Source: an uncultured bacterium
GTDB lineage: Bacteria > Armatimonadota > UBA5829
NCBI GenBank assembly: GCA_963775535.1
Contig: CAVZJH010000053.1
Location: 19,116-83,115 of the forward strand
Direction of reading: 5' to 3'
DNA: 64,000 nucleotides
The notes under the pieces were generated by a model. It worked only from the letters and a program-made list of their open reading frames with translations. It had not been told where the DNA came from and did no database searches. Shown piece by piece: positions 10,747-20,645 of the stretch (the stretch's first letter is position 1; each line of letters opens with the position of its first letter). The translations under genes and the position numbers were made by a program.

Positions 10747-12055
10747 TCACGCGATGCGCGTTGCTCCTATTTGTCTTCCTGGTCCGGACCTTCTCATGGA
10801 GCTACCTTCGATAGCACTCGCCGATTTGGATGCCATATACACCCACTGGCTTTCCATAACAGCGCGGACCCCTTTTCTCCTTCTCCTTGCCCGGATCGGT
10901 TCCGCGATCTCATTGGCAGGTGCTGTGGCTATCAGCCTTTCCTCGTAGTAGACCCGCCAACTGCCATCTAGGAGTTGCCGCAGTTCGGCTTTTAGGCCGG
11001 CATAGCTTCTCTTGCCGGGTCCAGGTGGAATGTCTATGACGATCCCGTCGAAGCGTATCGCGTTATCGTTGCCCACGCGGGCCCCATACTCAAGGGAAAG
11101 AACGCGCTCCAGATCAAGTCCACGCCTGGGCTTTCTCCAAGCGCTCTGCGTATCCTGCGGTGCCACCGTAAACTTCTCGTTGAACTCCCGCACGAATATC
11201 TCGGCGTATGCGTTTGCTCCAGCAATATCTGTGATACCTTCCAAGCTCAACATCGCGCACAATCTGTCCTGGAGCGTCTTGGAGAGCCTTTCCACTCGAC
11301 CTTTTGCCTGTGGCGTTCCTCGGAAGATAGCCTCGATACTCAGAGATTCCAGCGCCGAGCCGACCTGTGTCGGGTCCTGGCGCCCAGCCAGTTCCTCTTC
11401 GATACTCCAGAAGTCGTCGTTGCGCTTGAGTGATGAGTGACGATCCTGGTAGACGCTCGCCGGAATGCCGTGGCTTGTCACGACACGACGCAGCAGTTCA
11501 AGATATGCCCACGAGCACTCCGCTTCCGTAAAGAACAGCCCCAAAACCTTGCCCGTGGCGTCATCCATGGCAGCCATCGCGCAGCACGCTTCCATACCAG
11601 GGCCAAACCACCGGTGGGGGCTGCCATCCCAGAGCATCATCAGTCCCTCGCTCACTTTCCTTGGCCTTCTCTTGTGATGCTTCCTCGGTCTGCGCTTCAT
11701 CTTAGGCTTAATCCCATCCCCGCGACGAATCCCACGAACCGTCTCCCGTGAAAGAGATATCCCCTCACGCTCCACGAGCATTTCGTGGAAATGACTGTCG
11801 TTGAACAGGCTATAGCGTTCTTCGAGAGGGCCAACACTTTCGAGCGCACTTCATCGCTGATCTTATTCCCGGACTACGGCCCCGGTTGCCGTGCAGCAGA
11901 CCCGCGACGCCATCGCCCTCAACCGACTTTCTAAGCCGCCTGGCCTGACGGTAGCTCACTCCCATCTTCTCTGCCGCCTCACTCAGAGCCACACGACCCT
12001 CCAATACCATCCGCAGCAAGTGATGCCGCGCTACATCTCGCTCACTAATCTCCAT
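10747..12055 (-). CDS. DDE transposase with N-terminal HTH, frameshifted ~11790-11860
   Basis: HGNRGR; WDGSPHRW; MDDATG; YQDRHS; PQAKGRVERL..TLQDRL. Confidence 0.92.
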
Positions 12056-12138
12056 GCCTCCATTCTACAGGAGGACATTATCGCACTGCAGTTAAGGAGG
12101 ACATAATCGCTATGCTACCACATCTTGATTTCCGCCTA

Positions 12139-12167
12139 TTGACAGACCTGCGAAAAGGAACTATAAT
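12139..12167 (+). promoter_or_regulatory. Consensus sigma70 promoter for the DRT2 ncRNA and RT
   Basis: TTGACA (12139-12144), 17-nt spacer, TATAAT (12162-12167). Confidence 0.9.
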
Positions 12168-12173
12168 CTTAGC

Positions 12174-12475
12174 GCTCTCTTGTTTAGCAGGGGAGGAGTG
12201 GCGTTCATGATGTCAACGACTACCTCCACAGCGGCAATCAACCGCAGTGCGATCCGTCCTGGCAGCAGAGCAGTTACCGCCAATACGGCGATGAGCTGCA
12301 CAGATTGCTCACTACTAGCATTGTAGCACATAGTGTTCATACGCGCTTCCGGTTACCGGAATAACGCGCCTTACAGCGTTTTGGCGTGTGCCGAAGAGGA
12401 CTAAAATGGGTTGACGCGATCCCGTGCCTCTTCGGCAGTGCTACATTTGGAGCCACCAGAGAGTAGGCGAGGCAC
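12174..12475 (+). ncRNA. DRT2 ncRNA (template region plus scaffold)
   Basis: ~300 nt between promoter and RT start. Hairpins at 12175-12195, 12192-12227 and 12342-12368. 11-bp stem 12389-12399/12427-12437. Long-range pairs 12322-12329/12438-12445 and 12198-12202/12452-12456. Confidence 0.85.
12209..12340 (-). other. neo: Predicted 132-nt cDNA repeat unit encoding a Neo-like 44-aa repeat (MNTMCYNASSEQSVQLIAVLAVTALLPGRIALRLIAAVEVVVDI)
   Basis: GTTCAT at 12203-12208 and 12335-12340, 132 nt apart. The antisense frame has no stops, and the junction rebuilds TTGACA-N17-TACAAT. Confidence 0.8.
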
Positions 12476-13861
12476 ATGACGGACGACCCTCCATGGTACA
12501 AACGCCGCCGATACAAGCACTTTGATAGGCCGATATCTGCCGGACGTGCCAGCGCATTGGTGTTAGATCCTGACAGCGTCAAACGTCATGGGTCATGCCA
12601 TTTCTCAGTGCCACTCTGGTTACACCACGTTACAGATCATCTCAGCACAAGAATAAGTCTAAGGTGAGGGATATAGCGTATGCTTCCCACCTCGACGCAA
12701 ATGTGTTCTCGTATTACAGTATGCTTCTTTCCATCTCATATGAGCGGGAGTTGGCTCGCCGTTCCATAGGTGATGTGGTACTGGCCTACCGAAAGCTTCC
12801 AGGAGGTAAATGCAATATTGATTTCGCAAAGGATACTTTCGAAGACATCATGCGAATAGGCGAGTGTAGTGTCCTTGTAAGTGATGTCGCCGATTTCTTC
12901 GGAAGTATCGATCACTCCCTCCTCAAGCATGCCTGGTCCAGGTTGTTGGGCAGGAATGAACTTCCTTCTGACCATTTCGCTGTTTTCAAAGCTGTCACGA
13001 AGTTTGCTCATGTGGATCAAGACACCGTGTATCGCCTTTTCAAGATCGGAAAGAGGCGTTCCAAGCAATATTGGGAACCTATCTGTACGGCAGCTGCCTT
13101 TCGTGAGGCGAAACGATCCCCCGAGTTCATACAAGTTAACGGGTCAGGTCGCGGCATTCCGCAGGGGTCGCCAATCAGTGCTCTCCTAGCAAATGTATAC
13201 ATGCTTGATGTCGATACGAGTATGGCTGAGCGGTGCGCAGAGATTGGAGGAGTCTACCGGAGATACAGCGACGAGTATTGCTACTGGTATGTCCAAACAA
13301 AACCCGTGCGGAACTTGAGGAGCTTCTTCGGTCGCAACTGGCTCGGGTTAAACTGGATTTAGCAGCAGGCAAATCTAAAGAGTCATTTTTCTCTTTTGAT
13401 GCCGATGGGTCCCTGCGTACAGATAAGCCAGTCCAGGTACTTGGGTTTCTTGTTCGACGGTCAGCGCATCTTGATCCGCTCTTCAACCATAGCGAAATAC
13501 CACGGGAGGATGCGCCGGGCGATATGCTCCGCTAATGCTGCAGCCCGTCAGAGTTGCCTCTCTGGAGGTGATCCGCGGAGATTCTCCCGCAAAATAATCC
13601 GCCAGTTCAGCGGATTGGGCCGTGCTAGAAAATTACCCCGGTTACGCAAAACGCGCTGCCAAAATCATGGCTGCACCTTCGATCGGAAGACAACACCGCA
13701 AGCACTGGCGAATGCTCAGTAAACTGCTGGACCAACCGGTGTGCAAAAAAGCCTGCGCTTTGTGCAAAGACCCCGATTTCACCAGCCTTTTCAATGAGTT
13801 GGGACATGGCGCAGTAGATGCCCGACACAATTTGTGTCCGTCCTATCCCAGCAATAAGTGA
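12476..13861 (+). CDS. drt2: Defence-associated reverse transcriptase, DRT2/UG2 type, split by ~4 frameshifts; 3' end approximate
   Basis: WYKRRRYKHFD, RDIAYASHLD, AYRK...GKCNIDFAK, DVADFFGSIDH, LP.DHFAVFK, GIPQGSPISA, YRRYSD(D). Confidence 0.88.
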
Positions 13862-13907
13862 CAGCCATAGTCCGGGCTCCTGCCCGGCCTTTCACATCAA
13901 TCCAGCC

Positions 13908-15838
13908 CTACTTCGCCTTCGCCCGTATATAATTCAGCCTTCCCCCGGCCAGCACAACTTCCCGTTCTCTTTCCGAGAGATCGTGCGTGACCTTCACCGT
14001 GACGTTCGCCGTCTTGTCCACCAGATCGAAGGTCGTTTCGCCGCGCTTGAGCGCATCGGCGATGTTCGGTATCTCGACATCGTCGAGCTGGTTGACCAGG
14101 TCGTAAGAGATTGCATCGACCAGCTTAAGCGGGAGAATCCCGAAGTTGACCAGGTTCTGGCGGTGGATTCTGGCGAAGGACTTCACGATTACAGCCTTCA
14201 CCCCCAGATACATCGGCGCGAGGGCCGCGTGTTCGCGTGAGGAGCCTGGCCGTAGTTCTCGCCGCCGAGGATCAACCCGCCGCCATACTGCTTTGCGCGG
14301 CTCGGGAACTCGGGGTCGACCGCCGTGAACACGTGCTCGGAGATCGCCGGAATGTTAGACCGTAGCGGAAGCACCTTGGAGCCCGCGGGCATAATGTGGT
14401 CCGTGGTTATGTTGTCGCCGACCTTAAGCAGGATCTTGCCCGAAATAGTCTCGGGAAGAGCCGTGTTCTCGGGAAGCGGCTTGATGTTCGGTCCGCGCAC
14501 GACCTCTACCGACTCCGGATCGTCGCTCGGCGGGATCACCATCCTGTCGTCCGTCAGGTATTTCTCCGGAGCGCCGTATGTGATCGGCTCACCGAGTTTC
14601 CTCGGGTCGGTGATGACGCCGTTTATCGCCGCGGCCACCGCGACCTCCGGCCCCGCGAGGTAGACCTGCGCGCTTTTGGTGCCGCTGCGGCCCTCGAAAT
14701 TGCGGTTGAATGTTCGGATGGAGACGGCGTTGGTCTTCGGCGACTGGCCCATGCCTATGCACGGACCGCACGCGGACTCGAGTATTCTTGCGCCCGCCGA
14801 AACCAGATCGGCAAGCGCGCCGTTTCTGGAGATCATCTCGAAAACCTGCCTGGACCCCGGAGAGATCACCAGGCTCACCGATGGATGCACGGTTTTTCCC
14901 TTCAGTGCTCCGGAGACGACCATCAGGTCCCTCAAGGATGAATTGGTGCAGCTTCCGATGGCGATCTGGTCGACTTTGGTTCCCTCGACCTCAGCGACTT
15001 TTACCACATTGTCCGGCGAGTGCGGCCTCGCGATCATCGGCGGCAGCTCGTTCAGATCGATCTCTATGACCTCGTCGTAATCGGCGTCAGGGTCGGCTCT
15101 GAGCTCTTTCCACTCGTTCTGGCGGTTCTGAGCGGCCATAAACTCCCCGGTCACCTGGTCGCTGGGGAAAATGGATGTCGTCGCTCCCAGTTCAGCGCCC
15201 ATGTTGGTTATGGTGGCCCTGTCGGTTGCGGAGAGGCTTGCGACACCCTCGCCGCCGTATTCTATGATCTTCCCCACGCCGCCCTTCACACTCAGTATCC
15301 GCAGCACCTCGAGGATAACGTCCTTCGCCGAGACCCACGGCTGCAGTTTGCCCGTCAGCTTTACCAGGCAGACTCTGGGCATAGGCATGTAGAACGGCTG
15401 GCCCGCCATCGCCGCCGCCACGTCCAGACCGCCCGCGCCGATCGCGAGCATGCCGAGGCCTCCCGCGGTGGGGGTGTGGCTGTCCGAACCCAGGAGGGTC
15501 TCTCCCGGGATATCGAACCTCTCGAGCTGGACCTGGTGGCAGATGCCGTTGCCCGGTCGAGAGAAGTAGATGCCGTGCTTCGCCGCCACACTCTGCAGAT
15601 AGGCATGGTCGTCAGCGTTCTCGAACCCTGTCTGGAGGGTATTGTGGTCGACATAGCTCACCGAGCGCCTGGTCTTCACCTTGGGCACGCCGATTGCCTC
15701 GAACTGCAGATACGCCATCGTGCCGGTCGCGTCCTGTGTGAGCGTGTGGTCGATCCGAATAGCGATCTCCTCGCCCGCAACCATATTTCCCTCTACCAGG
15801 TGGTCTTTGATTATCTTCTTTGCTATGCTCAGTCCCAT
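13908..15838 (-). CDS. Aconitate hydratase, frameshift ~14245
   Basis: QDATG, GNGICHQ, DSHT, IGSCTNSS, CGPCIG, NRNF, ITTDHIMPAG, KSFARIH. Confidence 0.95.
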
Positions 15839-15875
15839 TTTCTTTTCCTTTTTCTATGTCAAAACGTTGCGGGTG

Positions 15876-16465
15876 TTTCCACCCTCACCCCCGGCCCCTC
15901 TCCCTGCCAGGGCGAGGGGAGCTATATATTCGGTATGCAAGCTGTAATGGTCCACGGACTTGTTCCCTCTCCCTATGAGGGCGAGGGGAGCTATCTGGCC
16001 GATATGCAAGCTGTAATCGTTCACGAGCTAGTTTCCTTCCCGCCAGGGCGAGGGGAGCTATCTGGCCGATATGCAAGCTGTAATCGTGCACGGACTAGTT
16101 CCCTCTTCCCGCCAGGGCGAGGGGAGCTATCTGGCCGATATGCAAGCTGTAATCGTTCACGGACTAGTTCCCTCTTCCCGCCAGGGCGAGGGGAGCTATC
16201 TGGCCGATATGCAAGCTGTAATCGTTCACGGACTAGTTCCCTCTTCCCGCCAGGGCGAGGCGAGCTATCTGGCCGATATGCAAGCTGTAATGGTGCACGG
16301 ACTAGTTTCCTTCCCGCCAAAGCGAGGGGAGCTATATATTCGGTATGCAAGCTGTAATCGTGCACGGACTAGTTCCCTTCCCGCCAGGGCAAGGGGAGCT
16401 ATATATTCGGTATGCAAGCTGTAATCGTGCACGGACTTGTTCCCTCTCCCTATGAGGGAGAGGGA
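15876..16465 (+). repeat. Tandem array of ~8 REP-like units of 67-69 bp
   Basis: AGGGGAGCTA-type core at 15915, 15984, 16051, 16120, 16189, 16258, 16325 and 16392. Each unit has a ccctctccc..gggcgaggg hairpin and a conserved linker. Confidence 0.92.
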
Positions 16466-16565
16466 TGCGGTCAACCATAATGCGTTGGTAGTCTCAACCC
16501 ACAGTGCACTTCTTAGTTATACGTGGATGTGCCACTAATCCTTCCCGTAGATACGAGTAGCACGA

Positions 16566-19500
16566 TTATCGAGATGCATCCAGCACATATGCCCGAATGC
16601 GCCTCTTGTCTCCAGACAAGTCAGATGCTTGGTTTTCAAGGAATGTCCTCGCCTCTTCCATGCTCTTTATTTGAGCTCTGCTTGCGTTGCAGCCATTCCA
16701 GTCTGCGCTGCTAAACCAGCCGACAAGGTAGAGGCCGCACTGACACTTGTTCTCTTTCAGATATCGATTCACCAACTGGCTTTCCATCGCGGTGTAAAGT
16801 TCTTGGTGCCAGTTTCCCTTCACCTCAATAACCACGGATACGACCCTGTGATCTGCGGGCCCGTCCGAGGCACTGGTTCGGACGAGGATATCCGTCTGCT
16901 CGCCTGCACGCGAACCGTACCTGGGACGAATCTCGACCTCCCTGTTGAGAATGATCCCGCTCTTTTCCAGATCGCTCCTGAGGTGGTCTGCCACATAGTC
17001 TGAAAGCCGGTTCTCCTCTTTTGGTTTGCACTTTCCGTTGCCGAGGTCATCCCACACGCAGAATAGTTGAGGAGTCTCCCCGTGAAGTCGCTGCTCCAGG
17101 CGGGCGATAGATTCAATAACCACGTTGAGAAGTTGCTCTTCCGTTTGAACGAGCCGAACCCGAGAATTGCCCACGATCTGCAGCAGTTTCCCCGGCGTCG
17201 GCGGCATCCATGTCCGCTCCAGATTCGCTTTTCGCGCTTCAGTAAGCACATTCTCCATCCAGTCAAGTTCAGGCAGCGCATCCTTGATTTTCAAGACTGC
17301 CTCAACAGCTCCTATGCCTGCCAGGTAGCTGCTAACACTACCCTTCCACATATATCTCGCTTCAACCGGACCTACGGACCCGTAAAGAGCTATGTTGTGT
17401 TCATTCGGATAACAGCGCTCGATCCAGATGTAGAGATCAGCATAGTTGTCTGGTGTCATTTGAGCCGTAGCGACTTCGTTTCCCCAGTGTCTGGTCATTA
17501 CGAGCCCATTTACGACTAGCTTGCCGAACTCCTCATCCTTCTGGATCGCTGGCCACACTACGCTCCACCCTGCATCAGAGGAATACAGCATCAGGCTCTG
17601 CGCCGCAGCCACAGCTTTTTCCCTTTTGCCGGGATCGGAGATGTCGATCAATGATTCCGCGAATTGCTTTGCCGCGGGATGGTTGTGTCCCAATAGAACG
17701 GCGAGCAGTTTCTTGAGGCAATCCAATGGCAGGTCTTCTTCCATGCACTTCTCAGTCAATGCATGTGCAACGACATCGTCCCAAACAACTTCGGTGCTCC
17801 GCGCCACTGTACTATAGTGGGTCGCCGCGAGCATCGCGAGTGCACTCCTTACTTCATCGGGAACCCGGCGGTAGGCGCTGACGAGAAGCAATTTGGCAAC
17901 ATCCGTGTTGTCCAACTCGACCCCCGCCACTATTACAGGTGCCCAGCGGTGCCATAGCTCATCGGGAAGCTGAAGCAAGTGTTCAAGCCTCTCCTTGAAA
18001 AGCAGATGCAGAGCCCGATAGCCAGCGTAGGCCGGGCGATAGTTCAATATCCAGGTCGTAGGGAACCAATTATCCGCGTTTGGGTCAGTTCGGGCGATAT
18101 ACATTTCCGCCAATGCTGTAATGTTGCACCGAGTCTGCTCATCAGCATTTCGCCAGCCAGGAAGCTCGGTCAAGTCCCTATCACGGGATGATGATCCATC
18201 CTCGTTCAGTCCCAACACCCAGGTGATCTGCCACCACGCCGCCATCTTTCCATTCTTGCCGTCGCGGAGGGAACGCTTGAGCCGTCGTGAAGGTGACGGC
18301 CCTTTGCGCTCTTCTCGTGCGTACACTTTGGACGCCTCTACTTCTGCCTCATATGCATTCTGCATCTGTCGGGCCAGGTCTGAGTCGAGTTCTACCGATA
18401 GAGGCGGCCATGCGTACTCTCTGTCGAGAATGCCGTTGGCCCGGCGGGCTTCAAGAATGGCGTCCAAACCTTCGGGCGTCGCCAGGTTCGCCGTATGCAC
18501 TATCAGCTTTGCCAAGAATGTCTGCACAGCCTCATTGCCTTCGGATTCGAGATATGATATGAGCAGGGGAAGGTCCTGCGGCTTGATCAGTGGTCCATGA
18601 TAACGCGGTCCTGTAGGCTCGACGCCTTCTTCTATCGCGGCAGCGATCACGTCGGGCAGTATCTGCTGACGTTTGCTATCGTCCTCGGGTACATCGACGT
18701 TTTGGTACCGGTTCACTTCGCTCACCAAAGTGAGAGCAAGGCTTTTCGATACTCCCGGCGTTTCCAGATTGTTCCAAGCCTGCTCGATAAGTATGTCTCT
18801 AATCCTGTCAGACCAATAAGCCTTGTCCCTGGACGGCAGACTGCGAGCCCATTCCAACACTTTCGGTAAATCGGAAGGCTCAATACCTTTGAGGAAATTG
18901 AAGTGCAGGAATACCTGGTAAGCGCCGGTCAGGTGGGTATTCTTGGGCGGTGCAAGCACTGCAAGGAGTTCTTCCGTCGACACGCAATCCGGCCATATCG
19001 CTGCCAGGCAGGTTCCTATGATTTCGTCATCCGGGTCGTTCTCGATGTTGTTGGCTACAAAAGGTGCCAGTTTGTTTCTAACCTCACGTGGGCAGCTCAC
19101 CCTGATCGCGTCGGCGGCTCTGGCCCTCAGACGTGGTGGTTTGGTGGAGTCGAACACAATATCCAGCAAATCATCGGCGAGTGCATTAAGGCAGCAATCC
19201 GCCGCGATTTCGAGCGCAAGATATTTAGCGCCTTCGAAGGTCGCCTCGCTGCCCAAATACTCGCGGATGATGTTGCTCAGTCCATCGTGATCAAGTTCCT
19301 TGTAAGAATATGTGTCTCGCGGAAACGCCCCGCGCCGATTGTAGAGATCGAGGAGAGCATGTGTAAGAGCAGATTTGTCGGGGTCCGAGACATTTGTCAG
19401 ACCTACTAAGAGCAGGGCCTCGGGATCAGCTTTAAGGAGGAGTTCGAAATGCTCATGGTCCAACTCCGTAAACCACGCCGCAACGCCCCGCAGCTTTGGT

Positions 19501-20645
19501 ATAAGCGAACCTTTCGGGTGCAGGAGAAGGCTCTTGATCTGTTCGACGGGCACTTTGCGGTGGACCATGTACCACGCCGCCAGATACTCCGCGTAGGTCT
19601 GGTGACCCCAATATACGCTATCTCTGCCGTATCGGCGGAAAAGTCCGGTGTTGAGCGTATCTCGAACGGCTTTGCTCTTGACATCAAAACTACTATCATC
19701 GACCGATTCCGTGTCCCCGCAAATATCCTCAACCATTACGCAACCGTTATCGGGACAATGCACACTGTTGGAGCCGAGCCATATTGCTGACTTCGCTCCG
19801 AACATGGTGATTGCAGCTATGCGACCGGCCATTATTAACCGCTGGTCGCTGCTCATTTGTTCGTGAGCGCGCCGCGCGTCTGTGATCTCTTCACACAGGC
19901 GCAGCAGGCCATCGTGCATAAGCTCGACCTGACTGGAGGAGAAGCTCTTGTCTTTCTTATACTGCTTCAAAAGCATTGTCAGGGATAATGGCTTCGATGC
20001 CAGCACTCTGACGTTCTTGTCATCGATCTCCCGCAGGAATGCCTCCGGGTCAATTTCATTCATACGGGCAGCTTCTTCAACGTCTTTTTGCCGTAGCGGG
20101 GCCAGCCCGTATACCTGATATCCATCTCCCCAAGCAGCCTTTAGGACATCGTTCAAGCTCTTCGGCCAGTCCGCGATGCGGCACGCGATGCGCAAGCGCA
20201 GCCTGTCAACTGAATAGCGGCAAAGCTCAGTCTCAAGAATATTGGCCTTGCTATGGACATCCAAAGGTCCCTCGTCAAGACTGTCCAGGAACAGTTGAAG
20301 CACGTGATCCCCACTCACCCATCCCCGAAAGAGAGGGTTTTCGAAGATGCGCTCCTTCAGCATTATGTCGCTGACGATCCTGCCGGTGTCAATTGGCAGG
20401 CACACGGTATTCGCGGCCGCGTGTTCTTCTTCCCTAAAGACAGTTGATTTGCCGATACCCTGCTCTCCCAGTATCACTACACATGGGGCTTCAAAGAGCG
20501 CATCGGATGCCACCAACTCAGGATTATAGTAATGGCCGTACTCGGCGTCCGGGTCGGGCAGGAAGTCGCTCGGGAGGTTCAGTTTCTTATCGACGGGGTA
20601 GAAGAGCCGTTTCCAATTATACAGGGGCTGGTCTGAGGCCATCAC
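16566..20645 (-). CDS. STAND/NACHT-like NTPase with helical repeats and a C-terminal PD-(D/E)xK-like nuclease domain
   Basis: Walker A GEQGIGKS; Walker B LFLDSLDE; C-terminal EENRLSD...NREVEI...TDILV...IEVKGNW. Confidence 0.8.
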   Translation of the reverse strand: MMASDQPLYNWKRLFYPVDKKLNLPSDFLPDPDAEYGHYYNPELVASDALFEAPCVVILGEQGIGKSTVFREEEHAAANTVCLPIDTGRIVSDIMLKERIFENPLFRGWVSGDHVLQLFLDSLDEGPLDVHSKANILETELCRYSVDRLRLRIACRIADWPKSLNDVLKAAWGDGYQVYGLAPLRQKDVEEAARMNEIDPEAFLREIDDKNVRVLASKPLSLTMLLKQYKKDKSFSSSQVELMHDGLLRLCEEITDARRAHEQMSSDQRLIMAGRIAAITMFGAKSAIWLGSNSVHCPDNGCVMVEDICGDTESVDDSSFDVKSKAVRDTLNTGLFRRYGRDSVYWGHQTYAEYLAAWYMVHRKVPVEQIKSLLLHPKGSLIPKLRGVAAWFTELDHEHFELLLKADPEALLLVGLTNVSDPDKSALTHALLDLYNRRGAFPRDTYSYKELDHDGLSNIIREYLGSEATFEGAKYLALEIAADCCLNALADDLLDIVFDSTKPPRLRARAADAIRVSCPREVRNKLAPFVANNIENDPDDEIIGTCLAAIWPDCVSTEELLAVLAPPKNTHLTGAYQVFLHFNFLKGIEPSDLPKVLEWARSLPSRDKAYWSDRIRDILIEQAWNNLETPGVSKSLALTLVSEVNRYQNVDVPEDDSKRQQILPDVIAAAIEEGVEPTGPRYHGPLIKPQDLPLLISYLESEGNEAVQTFLAKLIVHTANLATPEGLDAILEARRANGILDREYAWPPLSVELDSDLARQMQNAYEAEVEASKVYAREERKGPSPSRRLKRSLRDGKNGKMAAWWQITWVLGLNEDGSSSRDRDLTELPGWRNADEQTRCNITALAEMYIARTDPNADNWFPTTWILNYRPAYAGYRALHLLFKERLEHLLQLPDELWHRWAPVIVAGVELDNTDVAKLLLVSAYRRVPDEVRSALAMLAATHYSTVARSTEVVWDDVVAHALTEKCMEEDLPLDCLKKLLAVLLGHNHPAAKQFAESLIDISDPGKREKAVAAAQSLMLYSSDAGWSVVWPAIQKDEEFGKLVVNGLVMTRHWGNEVATAQMTPDNYADLYIWIERCYPNEHNIALYGSVGPVEARYMWKGSVSSYLAGIGAVEAVLKIKDALPELDWMENVLTEARKANLERTWMPPTPGKLLQIVGNSRVRLVQTEEQLLNVVIESIARLEQRLHGETPQLFCVWDDLGNGKCKPKEENRLSDYVADHLRSDLEKSGIILNREVEIRPRYGSRAGEQTDILVRTSASDGPADHRVVSVVIEVKGNWHQELYTAMESQLVNRYLKENKCQCGLYLVGWFSSADWNGCNASRAQIKSMEEARTFLENQASDLSGDKRRIRAYVLDASR

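Larger units (their letters stand above)
10350..12122 (-). mobile_element. IS1202-family (former ISNCY) insertion sequence, probably ISTde1-like subgroup
   Basis: Ends are TGT...ACA, each with two ATGTCCTC repeats. A 16-bp direct repeat TCTTGATTTCCGCCTA lies at 10334-10349 and 12123-12138. It encodes a DDE transposase. Confidence 0.9.

Noticed and set aside
12228-12330. Template jump between ACA motifs at 12228 and 12328 (or 12373)
   Set aside because: Units of 100 or 145 nt are not multiples of 3 and give no properly spaced promoter. The 132-nt GTTCAT unit satisfies frame, spacing and homology together.
12476-13861. RT as retron, group II intron or the DGR RT for the FGE genes
   Set aside because: No VTG retron motif, no maturase or intron domain V, and no avd or TR. 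The HFD, YASHLD and GKCNIDFAK motifs and the upstream ncRNA fit DRT2.
15876-16465. CRISPR array
   Set aside because: The sequence between hairpins is conserved rather than unique spacers, and there are no cas genes.
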